Below are positions 48,477 to 57,077 of a DNA stretch of 64,000 nucleotides, piece by piece. The translations under genes were made by a program, and so were the position numbers. The DNA is from Salinigranum marinum (GTDB lineage: Archaea > Halobacteriota > Halobacteria > Halobacteriales > Haloferacaceae). The stretch's first letter is position 1. Each line of letters starts with the position of its first letter. The notes under the pieces were generated by a model that worked only from the letters and a program-made list of their open reading frames with translations, ran no database searches and was not told the origin of the DNA. The stretch is from assembly GCF_024228675.1 (NCBI RefSeq), contig NZ_CP100461.1:2103397-2167396 (forward strand), written 5' to 3'.

Positions 48477-49010
48477 TTTCGTCTCGTTGTCGTCTCCTCG
48501 TCCCGCCGCCGTCGTGGAGACGGACTGAACGGGGACGCCGCCGCCGACCCGATCGAGTTCCGCCCGGCGTCGAGGGCGATCGATAAGAACGGTACCGCGA
48601 CCGCGAGCGGGCACCGTCCACGTCGGTGGACGACAACGGCGAGCGCGGGGATCGGGGCCGGCGGACGACCCGGCTGCTGGTCGAGCGATTCGACGAGAGA
48701 GAGGCGTAGGACACCGTGGAGACAGACGGTGGTCTCTCGGAGCAGGCCGTGTGTCGGTGTTCGGGAGAGAGAACGAGTGCAGTCGCACCGGGCACCGTCT
48801 CGTCCATGACTCACCTCGTTGTGCCGATCGGACGCTCACAAGGATCGCCTCGGCTGCGCTCGCCGTGCGTCTCGTTCGTCCGTGCGTGTCGGTTCGCGAT
48901 CGAGACATCGTCCGTTTCGATCGTTCGCTTCCGAGGTGCCGTGAGCAGCCACCCCCACGGAGGATGTCGGATTCGCCACGTTCAAGCCCACACATCGAGT
49001 GGGTGCGCTC

Positions 49011-50195
49011 ATGACACGGAGCGTCTGGCTCAAGGCCGACGATAGCGTCGGCGACTGGGAGGCACGGAAGCGCCGCATCACGGCCGGACTGGAAGCGGGC
49101 GTCGACTGGGTGCTCGTCGACGAGGCGGACGTCGGGCGGGTGCGCGACCTCGGCGACGTGAGCGTGGCTGCCTTCCGGAACGACGTCGACGTCCACGTGA
49201 TGGACGCCGAGGGCGGCGACCCCCCAGTGGAGGCCGACGCGTACTTCGTCGGCAAGGAGTCGGAGGGCGACGGCACTGTCGACCTCCCGGGGGACTTCTC
49301 GGGGTCGGCGGACCTCACCACGCTCCGACGCACCGACGGGCGCGCACAGGGGGCGTACGTCCGCATCCTCTCGAAGGAGTACGAGAGGCTCGCCGAGGAG
49401 GCAGCCCGCGAGGCCGACCACACGATCGTCGTCGGCGAGGACTGGACGATCATCCCGCTGGAGAACCTCATCGCCCGCATCGGGGAGGAGACCGAACTCG
49501 TCGCGGGCGTCACCTCCGCCGAGGAGGCGAAGACGGCGTTCGAGACGCTCGAACAGGGCTCCGACGGCGTCCTCCTCGACAGCGACGACCCCGACGAGAT
49601 CCGAAAGACCTGCGAGGTGCGCGACGCCGCCGAGCGCGAACACCTCGACCTCCAGTGGGCCGAGGTCACGACCGTCGAACGGACCGGGATGGCCGACCGC
49701 GTCTGCGTCGACACCGGCTCGCTGATGGAACACGACGAGGGGATGCTCGTCGGCTCGATGAGTCGGGGACTGTTCTTCGTCCACGCCGAGACCGCCGAGT
49801 CGCCGTACGTCGCTTCTCGACCGTTCCGGGTGAACGCCGGCGCGGTCCACGCGTACGTCCGTGCGCCCGACGGCGGGACGCGCTACCTCGCCGAACTCCA
49901 GAGCGGCGACGACGTCCAGATCGTCGACAGCGAGGGCAACACACGAGAGGCGATCGTCGGCCGCTGCAAGATCGAGAAACGGCCGATGTTCCGGGTGCAG
50001 GCCCGCCTCGAAACCGCCGACGGGGAGGACCGCATCGAGACCCTGTTGCAGAACGCCGAGACGATCAAGGTCCACACCCGCGACGGCCGCAAAGCCGTCA
50101 CCGACCTCGAACCCGGCGACGAGGTGCTGGTGTACTACGAGGACACGGCCCGACACTTCGGCGAGGCCGTCGAAGAGTCGATCATCGAAAAGTAA
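49011..50195 (+). CDS. aroB': 3-dehydroquinate synthase type II (archaeal AroB')
   Basis: ~395 aa. Family hallmarks include the KR/H-rich metal site. Overall similarity to the DHQS-II N-terminus MTRSVWLKAD. The alternative track start at 48999 is in frame. Confidence 0.82.
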   Translation: MTRSVWLKADDSVGDWEARKRRITAGLEAGVDWVLVDEADVGRVRDLGDVSVAAFRNDVDVHVMDAEGGDPPVEADAYFVGKESEGDGTVDLPGDFSGSADLTTLRRTDGRAQGAYVRILSKEYERLAEEAAREADHTIVVGEDWTIIPLENLIARIGEETELVAGVTSAEEAKTAFETLEQGSDGVLLDSDDPDEIRKTCEVRDAAEREHLDLQWAEVTTVERTGMADRVCVDTGSLMEHDEGMLVGSMSRGLFFVHAETAESPYVASRPFRVNAGAVHAYVRAPDGGTRYLAELQSGDDVQIVDSEGNTREAIVGRCKIEKRPMFRVQARLETADGEDRIETLLQNAETIKVHTRDGRKAVTDLEPGDEVLVYYEDTARHFGEAVEESIIEK

Positions 50196-50208
50196 CCGCG
50201 AGGTCGGC

Positions 50209-50643
50209 TCAGGGGTCGTGACCACGGACGCCGGCCTCCGTGCGGTCCGGCGCGCCGGCCTCCTCGAACCGCTCGGTACACCACGGACAGAAGTCGAGTT
50301 CGGGGTCGACCTCGTGACCGCAGTACGGACACGACGGGCCCTCGCCGTCCCCACCCTCACCGGCCGTCAGCGCGAGGCGGTAGGCGTCGAGCGTACTCAG
50401 GACGAGGAGGACGAGGATCGGCCCCGTGACCGTCATCGGCAGCGCCGAGGGGGACTCCGCCGCAGTGACGGGGTCCGAGTAGACGGACAGGAGAACGAGC
50501 CCCGCGCCGAGGACGAACGCGAACCAGGCGATCGCCCGTCGCCACTCACGGAGGTAGGCGTGCCCAGCACCGGCGATCCCGACGGTGGCGCCGAGCACGC
50601 CGACCAACACCGCGACGAGCGCGCGACGACGTGTATCCGACAT
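50209..50643 (-). CDS. Membrane protein (3 TM) with a C-terminal zinc-ribbon (CPYCG...CPWC)
   Basis: Hydrophobic N-terminal two-thirds. The C-terminus has two CxxC pairs. Confidence 0.5.
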   Translation of the reverse strand: MSDTRRRALVAVLVGVLGATVGIAGAGHAYLREWRRAIAWFAFVLGAGLVLLSVYSDPVTAAESPSALPMTVTGPILVLLVLSTLDAYRLALTAGEGGDGEGPSCPYCGHEVDPELDFCPWCTERFEEAGAPDRTEAGVRGHDP

Positions 50644-50719
50644 GGTTTGCCTGCTCCCACAAGGTCTCTCCTGCCGCTTAAGTCTCCGGATACCGCGTCG
50701 GACGCCCGTCCGCCCGCCG

Positions 50720-51427
50720 TCAGCCCCCGGTCAGCCCGTCGACGAGCGTCCGGAGCGTCGCGAGGTCGTACTGTCCGGGCGCGGTCGCCTCCGCCGGGTC
50801 GACGGGCGCGTAGCCGATCCGCGAGCCGTACACCGGCGCGACCGCGCGGGTGTGGCTCCCCGCCTCGCCCATCGCCATCGTGGCCACCCGGTCGCCCCAC
50901 GTCGTCGCGACGTGGGTCGACTCCAAGAGCCGGAGCGCGTCCGCCCGCGACTCGGCGGTGACCGCGAGTTTGCCGACGTCGCCCGCCGTCGCCGCCTCGT
51001 GCAGGAGCCGGCGGAGGGCCGACGACGCCGGCGTCCCCGCGAAGTCGTGGACCGACGCGACGACCGTCGCGTCCCGGGCGCGGACCGCCGTGGCCGCCTC
51101 CCGCCCCCGGTCGGTCCGCAACGTGGCGAGTTCGAGATCGACCGCGCCGACGGCGTCGTGGGCGGCCGCCTCGGCGAGTGCGTCGAGCCGGTCGTCCTCG
51201 TCGCCCGCGAACGCGCCGCCCTCCCAGTCGGGGCGGTACGTCACCAGCAGGGGCGACGCCGTGTCGGCCTGCGCGTCGTAGTCGTCGAGCGAGGCGAGCG
51301 GGTCCGCCGCGAGATCCATCCGGAACTCGACGGCGTCGGCGTGCGTCCGTGCCGTCTCGGTCGTCGCGTCGGCGAGGTCACCCGTCGACGCGCAGAGGAC
51401 GAACGCATCGAAGTCGATGGGAGGCAT
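50720..51427 (-). CDS. aroD: 3-dehydroquinate dehydratase, type I
   Basis: 235 aa from the ATG at 51425-51427. EFRMDL (EFRxDxL), catalytic Lys in GDVGKLAVTA, MGEAGSHTR / SRI motifs. Confidence 0.8.
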   Translation of the reverse strand: MPPIDFDAFVLCASTGDLADATTETARTHADAVEFRMDLAADPLASLDDYDAQADTASPLLVTYRPDWEGGAFAGDEDDRLDALAEAAAHDAVGAVDLELATLRTDRGREAATAVRARDATVVASVHDFAGTPASSALRRLLHEAATAGDVGKLAVTAESRADALRLLESTHVATTWGDRVATMAMGEAGSHTRAVAPVYGSRIGYAPVDPAEATAPGQYDLATLRTLVDGLTGG

Positions 51428-51488
51428 ACCCGACCCACCGCGTCGCGAGGTAAAAAACGAGGCGGCACGGGGAGCGCGGGGGAGGCCG

Positions 51489-52517
51489 TTATGTCGGCTC
51501 GTACGAGACGGTGTAGCGCCACCCCTCGCCGCCCTCGTCCGCTCTGTCGACACCGGTGACGGCGTACAGCCGGATCTGCCGCTCCTGTTTCGTCACGACA
51601 GGGAGGTCGTAGTGGACGGCCTCGTACGTCGGCGGGTCGTCGCGCTCGCGGACGAACGCCCGGTGGCGGTCGAGTCGGTCGGCCACGCGATCACGCGAGC
51701 GCGCTGGGAGCCCCGCGATCCGGTCGTCGAACCCCGAGAGGAGGTCGGGATCGAGTTCGCGTCCGACCGAGTTTCGGCCGGCGAGCATCGCCGCGAGCGT
51801 CGTCGTTCCCGTGCCGACGAACGGGTCGTACACCCGGTCGCCGTACGTCGAGTACATCCGGATCAGTCGGAGCGGGAGTTCCAGCGGGTAGGCCCCGGCG
51901 CGGTCGCGGCCGTCGCCGTCGCGATCCTGCGCCGCGCCGGAGAGTTCCCAGAGGTCCGAGAACCACCGGTTGCGCTCCTCCCAAAAGAAGGCGCTCTCGT
52001 AGCGCGTCTCGTCGCCCGGTGGGAACTCCCTGGGAGCGCCCTTGCGGAAGACGAGGACGTACTCGTGTTCGAGCGTGACGTACGCGTTCGGCGGGAGCGT
52101 CCCCGAGCCCATGAACTTCGTCAGCCGGTTGGTCGGCTTCCGCCAGAGCACGTTGGGGAGCGGGCTCAGTCCCCGGTCACGGAGCGCCTGCGTCACCCGT
52201 GCGTGGTTCGGGAAACAGCGGAACTCTCCCCCGATCGATCGGGTCGCGTCGCCGACGTTCACGCAGACGACCCCGCCCGGCTGGAGCGCCCGGACCACGG
52301 CGTCCCACACCCGGTCGAGGAGCGCGTGCATCGCCTCGAACGCGTCGTCGCCCCGTCCGTCGTCGAGCGCCGCCGCGACCGCGGGCGACTGCGCGGCGAA
52401 CTGCTCGTCCCACATCTCGATCATCGGATACGGCGGGGAGGTGACGACGAGGTCGACGGTCTCTTCTGTCATCCCCGTCGCGCTGTCGCCGATCCGGAGG
52501 ACGTGGTCGGTCCGCAT
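51489..52517 (-). CDS. zim: Orphan beta-class amino-DNA methyltransferase (N4-cytosine/N6-adenine; Zim-like, probable CTAG m4C MTase)
   Basis: Motif IV DLVVTSPPY precedes motif I DPFVGTGTT, which is the beta-class order. Catalytic-region similarity to N4C MTases. No adjacent restriction-endonuclease candidate. Start chosen at the internal ATG (MRTDHVLRIGDSATG). Confidence 0.75.
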   Translation of the reverse strand: MRTDHVLRIGDSATGMTEETVDLVVTSPPYPMIEMWDEQFAAQSPAVAAALDDGRGDDAFEAMHALLDRVWDAVVRALQPGGVVCVNVGDATRSIGGEFRCFPNHARVTQALRDRGLSPLPNVLWRKPTNRLTKFMGSGTLPPNAYVTLEHEYVLVFRKGAPREFPPGDETRYESAFFWEERNRWFSDLWELSGAAQDRDGDGRDRAGAYPLELPLRLIRMYSTYGDRVYDPFVGTGTTTLAAMLAGRNSVGRELDPDLLSGFDDRIAGLPARSRDRVADRLDRHRAFVRERDDPPTYEAVHYDLPVVTKQERQIRLYAVTGVDRADEGGEGWRYTVSYEPT

Positions 52518-52689
52518 CGACTGACGGTCGAAGGCCGGCCCCGTAGGTGTTTGGGTCGACCGGCGAGCGGGACCCTCACGACGGGACGATTGCGGTGTGG
52601 CGACCGGCGAGGCCACGGCTCCGGAGAGCCGTGACGGTCCGACGCTCACGCCGGACGCTCCAAAAAACGGGGTCGTTGCCGCGAACGCC

Positions 52690-53679
52690 TCAGACCAAGA
52701 GTTGCTCTTCGGCTTCGAGCAGTTCGTGGTAGCGGTTGCGGATCGTCACTTCGGAGATGTCGGCGACGTCGCTCACGGCGGCCTGGGTCGTCTTCTCGTT
52801 GGTCAGGAGCGAGGCGGCGTACACCGCGGCTGCGGCGAGCCCCACGGGGGATTTACCCGAGTGGACGCCCTGCTCCTTGGCGTTCTGGAGGAGTTGGCGG
52901 GCGCGCATCTTCGACTCGTCGGAGAGCTCCAACTCGCTCGCGAAGCGGGGAACGTACTGCTCGGGGTCGGCCGGCTTCACTTCGAGCGAGAGCTCTCGGG
53001 AGATGTAGCGGTACGTCCGGGCGACCTCGCTCTTTTCGACGCGTGAGACCTCGGCGATCTCGTCCAGCGAGCGGGGAACGCCGGCCATTCGCGCGGCGGC
53101 GTACGTACACGAGGTGGAGACACCCTCGATCGAGCGGCCGGGGAGGAGGTCTTCGGAGAGCGCCCGGCGGTAGATCACCGACGCGGTCTCGCGGACGTTG
53201 TCCGGGAGCCCCAGCGCCGAGGCCATGCGGTCGATCTCGCCGAGTGCCTGCTTGAGGTTTCGCTCCTTCGAGTCGCGCGTGCGGAAGCGCTCGTTCCACT
53301 TGCGCAGGCGCTGCATCTTCTGGCGCTGGCGCGTCCCCAGCGAGTTGCCGTAGGCGTCCCGGTCGCGCCAGTCGATGTTCGTCGACAGCCCCTTGTCGTG
53401 CATCGTCTGCGTCGTGGGCGCGCCGACGCGAGATTTGCGGTCCTTCTCGCGCGAGTCGAACGCGCGCCACTCCGGGCCGCGGTCGACGGAGTCGGCGGTG
53501 ATGACCAGCCCGCACTCCGCACAGACCGTCTCGCCGTGCTCGTCGTCGGTGACGACGTTGCCCGAGCACTCGGGGCAGGTCAGCGAGTCGCCCTTCGTCT
53601 CGGACTCGTCCGTTCGTTCGTCGTGTGTCTCGCGCCGTGTGCGTCTCGTCCGTGTTCGTCTGTCTGCGTTCTGGCTCAT
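52690..53679 (-). CDS. tfb: Transcription initiation factor TFB (TFIIB homologue)
   Basis: N-terminal zinc ribbon CPECSGNVVTDDEHGETVCAECG. Two cyclin-fold repeats. ATG at 53677-53679 preferred over the TTG at 53706. Confidence 0.92.
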   Translation of the reverse strand: MSQNADRRTRTRRTRRETHDERTDESETKGDSLTCPECSGNVVTDDEHGETVCAECGLVITADSVDRGPEWRAFDSREKDRKSRVGAPTTQTMHDKGLSTNIDWRDRDAYGNSLGTRQRQKMQRLRKWNERFRTRDSKERNLKQALGEIDRMASALGLPDNVRETASVIYRRALSEDLLPGRSIEGVSTSCTYAAARMAGVPRSLDEIAEVSRVEKSEVARTYRYISRELSLEVKPADPEQYVPRFASELELSDESKMRARQLLQNAKEQGVHSGKSPVGLAAAAVYAASLLTNEKTTQAAVSDVADISEVTIRNRYHELLEAEEQLLV

Positions 53680-53739
53680 GGATACGACGGCAGGTGCTCC
53701 CGGCAACTGTGGCGGATGTGAAAAGCCGGAGCAGTTCCG

Positions 53740-53851
53740 TTGATTCGACCACGGAGCATCAGTATATAAAAATTTTGTTTCTGATTCGAAAACTCACACG
53801 AATCGGCTCGAATCAGCCGTTCACGGTAGACGTTGTCACACATTTATATAC
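53740..53851. promoter_or_regulatory. AT-rich divergent promoter region between tfb and the YjjX-like gene: two TATA-like boxes (tatataaaaatttt; cacatttatatac) and an inverted repeat CTGATTCG...CGAATCAG
   Basis: Read directly. This is the only strongly AT-rich stretch besides the thermosome promoter. Confidence 0.45.
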
Positions 53852-53983
53852 GTGATCGTTTTCCCCTCGCTCGTCCCCGACGGAGGGGTCGACGGCCGGA
53901 TCGGGCCAGCGCGTGTATCGGTCGCTCCGCGTGGGCACCGACGAAACGCGACGCATTTGTCCGTCGCGGGGCGACTCCCGATC

Positions 53984-54559
53984 ATGCGAGTCGTGGTCGG
54001 CAGCGGCAACCCGGTGAAACGCGACGCGACGGCACGGGTCTTCGACAGGGCGACCGTCGAGGCGGTCGCCGTCGCCTCGGGCGTGAGCGAACAGCCCGTG
54101 GGACACGTGGAGACACGCCGGGGTGCGGCCACGCGAGCGGTGCGCGCGCTCGATGAGGCCGGTGACGCTCCGGTGGACGCGCCCGACCTCGGCGTCGGGA
54201 TCGAAGCCGGCGTCGCGACCGTCGAGGGGGTGGACCCGGCCCGCGGCGTCGAGGGTGCTGACGCCGTCGCGACCGTCGGCGATGGCCTCTCGCTCGTCAT
54301 GTGGGCGGCCGTCACGGACGGCGACCGGCTCTGGTACGGCGGCGGTCCAACGTTCCCGATCCCCGACCACATCGCCGCCCGGGTCCGCGCCGGCGAGGAA
54401 CTCGGGCCCGTGATGGACGACGTCCTCGGCGTCGACGACGTCGCGAGGAAACAGGGCGCAGTCGGGGTGTTCACCGCCGGCCGGGTGACGCGCACCGACG
54501 CCCTCGAAACAGCGGTCGCGGCCGCCGCCGGGCCGTTCCTGAGCGAGCGGTACGTCTAA
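53984..54559 (+). CDS. Non-canonical purine NTP phosphatase (inosine/xanthosine triphosphatase, YjjX / DUF84 family)
   Basis: N-terminal MRVVVGSGNPVK. ~190 aa. An acidic patch for metal binding. Confidence 0.65.
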   Translation: MRVVVGSGNPVKRDATARVFDRATVEAVAVASGVSEQPVGHVETRRGAATRAVRALDEAGDAPVDAPDLGVGIEAGVATVEGVDPARGVEGADAVATVGDGLSLVMWAAVTDGDRLWYGGGPTFPIPDHIAARVRAGEELGPVMDDVLGVDDVARKQGAVGVFTAGRVTRTDALETAVAAAAGPFLSERYV

Positions 54560-54596
54560 GTGGATCCCGCGGCGGGGAGAACAGGTCGCGTCCGGC

Positions 54597-56411
54597 TCAG
54601 TCGTCTTGGACGACCTCGGCGTCGATCTCGCCTCTGTCCGCGCTCTGGTCGACCGCGGTCGTCAACGAGACGTTCAGCGCGAGCATCGACGCCACGCCGC
54701 CGATCACGGTCACGATGTTCTTGACTGCGTGATCGAGGACGGCCGCACCAAGTGCGAGCGGGTAGGAGACGCCCGTCAGGCCAACCACCAGCAGGGTGAA
54801 CGCCCCCTCGTACAGGCCGACCCCGCCCGGCGAGAGCGGCAGGACCTTGGCGAGATTGCCGACGCTGACGGCGAAGAAGCCGACGGAGACGAGCGTCACG
54901 AGCGTCAGTCCGGGGTCGAACGCCTGGAGAACGAGGACGGCGGTCACGACGTCGAGCGTCCAGATGAGCACGCTGGAGAGGCCGACGCGTCCGAAGCCCG
55001 CGCGGGTGCCGGCGACCCGCTGGACGTCACCGACGAACCGCTCGACGACGTCGGCGACGTAGTCGGCGTACGAGTCGGTCGAGACGCGATGGATCGCCCG
55101 CCGGACGACGTTCGTCTCCGCGCGAGCCGAGACGACGATGGCCGCGACGGCGACGAGCGCCGCCAGCCCGACGACCGAGGCGACGGTGACGGCCACGCGC
55201 CCGGCACCCTCCGCACCCGTGACGGTGCGGGCGATCTCGGCGGTCTGTCCCGTCGCGGTGTAGCCGAGCAGGACGCATCCCGCGAGCGCGGTGATCGTCA
55301 GGAGGTCGAAGACGCGTTCGACGGCCAGCGATGCGAAGCCCGAGGGGTACGGGATGCCGCGACGGAGCTTGACGACGTACGCCCGGACGGCGTCGCCGGC
55401 GCGGGCGGGGAAGACGAGGTTCCCCGTCTGTGAGATGAAGATCGCCCCCGTCAGGAAGCCGACGTTCGTCTCGTACCCCTGCTCGGCGAGGATATCGCGG
55501 TAGCGCGCGCCTCTGAGCGGCCACGAGAGGACGTAGACGACCGCAGCGATCGCCACGAGCATCGGCTCGGCCTGTCGCATCTCGGTGACGACCGCACCGA
55601 AGTCGATGTACTGGGTCATCAGCGCGAGCGCGAGCACCGTCAGGAGCGCGCCGGCAGTGAGCGTCACGCGCCGGGTCACGCGCGGGCGGACCGTGAGCTG
55701 CCACCACGTCCGGATGATCTGCGACCCCATCCCGAATACGTCGCGGACGAGATCGACTTTCGTATCCCCCTTGGCCGTCCACTCGACGGGGAACTCCGCG
55801 ACGCGAAAGCCCTCGCGCTGGGCGCGGACGAGCATCTCCGTGTCCCAGAACCAGTGGGTGTCCTCCACTCGGGTGGAGAGGTGCTCGAACGCCTCGCGGC
55901 TGAAGGACTTGAACCCGCACTGGTGGTCGCGAAGCTCCGAGCGCAGGAACAGCCGGACGAGTTCGTTGTAGCCGCGGGAGGGGATGCCCCGCTTCGCCGG
56001 GCGGTCGGCGATCTGCCCGGGGAACCAGCGCGACCCGGTCGCGACGTCGTACTTACCCGAGCGGACGCACTCGACCAGCTCTTCGAGGTGTTTCAGGTCC
56101 GTGGCGAGGTCGGTGTCGAAGTAGACGAGGACGTCGCCGTCGGCGGCCCGGAACGCCCGTTCGAGTGCGCCGCCGCGTCCGAGGCGCGTGTCGCTGTGGA
56201 CGTGTCGGACCCGATCGTCGGCGTCGGCGAGTCGGGCGGCGATCTCGGGCGTGTCGTCGTCGCAGCCGTCTTCGGCGACGACGACCTCGTAGCCGCCGTC
56301 AAGGAACGCACCGAGCGCGTCGAGCGTCCGCTCGACGGTGTGCTCGATGCTGTCCGCCTCGTTGTACGCCGGGAGGACGACGCTCACCTCCACCGACGTC
56401 TGCCGCTCCAT
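54597..56411 (-). CDS. aglD: Dolichyl-phosphate hexose synthase-like GT2 glycosyltransferase fused to a C-terminal multi-TM flippase-like/LPG-synthase-TM-type domain (AglD-like)
   Basis: N-terminal VSVVLPAYNEADSI, DxD (AEDGCDDD), QCGFK motif. ~330 aa of C-terminal TM helices. Architecture matches Haloferax AglD. Confidence 0.72.
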   Translation of the reverse strand: MERQTSVEVSVVLPAYNEADSIEHTVERTLDALGAFLDGGYEVVVAEDGCDDDTPEIAARLADADDRVRHVHSDTRLGRGGALERAFRAADGDVLVYFDTDLATDLKHLEELVECVRSGKYDVATGSRWFPGQIADRPAKRGIPSRGYNELVRLFLRSELRDHQCGFKSFSREAFEHLSTRVEDTHWFWDTEMLVRAQREGFRVAEFPVEWTAKGDTKVDLVRDVFGMGSQIIRTWWQLTVRPRVTRRVTLTAGALLTVLALALMTQYIDFGAVVTEMRQAEPMLVAIAAVVYVLSWPLRGARYRDILAEQGYETNVGFLTGAIFISQTGNLVFPARAGDAVRAYVVKLRRGIPYPSGFASLAVERVFDLLTITALAGCVLLGYTATGQTAEIARTVTGAEGAGRVAVTVASVVGLAALVAVAAIVVSARAETNVVRRAIHRVSTDSYADYVADVVERFVGDVQRVAGTRAGFGRVGLSSVLIWTLDVVTAVLVLQAFDPGLTLVTLVSVGFFAVSVGNLAKVLPLSPGGVGLYEGAFTLLVVGLTGVSYPLALGAAVLDHAVKNIVTVIGGVASMLALNVSLTTAVDQSADRGEIDAEVVQDD

Positions 56412-56657
56412 TTGTCATGAGTGGCTCCGCGGCGGCTAAGAACTTTCTGACTTAGGGGCCTCCTACCCTGGTTCGATCCCGTCGTTCGACAGTCAGCCGT
56501 CCCGAACGTTTCGGGTATCGTGTGCGTTAGGCGACTGTACCCACACGTCCCGTCGACGGCCGGTTACGACGACCGTCAACCCCGAGAATCGACGGACAGC
56601 GGCGTGTTAAGCGCGTGTACCAAACCCACTATGCCCGACGCCCCCGTTCGTTGTTGT

Positions 56658-56900
56658 ATGAGCACGACGACCCAGGCGACGACGACCGACCTCTCGGCGA
56701 AACAGCGGCGGATCCTCCAGTACCTCCGCACCGAAGCGGGGGAGCGGACCTACTTCAAGTCGCGACTCATCGCCGAGGACCTCGGGCTCTCGGCAAAGGA
56801 GGTCGGTGCGAACATGCGGGCCATTCTCGACGGCGAGTTCGACATCACGGTCGAGAAGTGGGGCTACTCCTCGGGAACGACCTGGAAAGTCACGCAGTGA
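56658..56900 (+). CDS. Small hypothetical protein with a predicted winged-helix (80 aa); an alternative start is at 56631
   Basis: LSAKQRRILQYLRTEAGERTYFKSRLIAEDLGLSAKEVGANMRAIL. Confidence 0.5.
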   Translation: MSTTTQATTTDLSAKQRRILQYLRTEAGERTYFKSRLIAEDLGLSAKEVGANMRAILDGEFDITVEKWGYSSGTTWKVTQ

Positions 56901-57077
56901 GGACGCCGCGGTTCGGCGCGCGCCGACCGGTGACCGCCGCTCGGTCAGCGCGCGCTGGCGGTCGCCCCGTTCGCGTCCGGGCCACTCCGTTCGCTCTTCG
57001 ACGACGAGCGGTCGGTCTCGGCGGGAACGAGTTTGATGTCCGGTGGGCTCGGCGGGTGCTCAGACGCCTCGAACGCC

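Noticed and set aside
47328-50360. 1010-aa minus-strand ORF across the aroA'-SDR-aroB' region
   Set aside because: Antisense to three supported genes plus the non-coding stretch, with no domain signatures.
53852-53983. GTG start at 53852 for the YjjX-like gene (ORF-track start)
   Set aside because: The GTG directly abuts a TATA-like box, leaving no room for initiation. The first 44 codons are unconserved-looking. The ATG at 53984 begins the conserved MRVVVGSGNP N-terminus.
56461-56490. tRNA-like T-loop sequence GGTTCGATCCC
   Set aside because: The flanking bases cannot form a T-stem, no acceptor or D/anticodon arms can be built around it, and no other tRNA hallmarks are present. No tRNA is called in this window.
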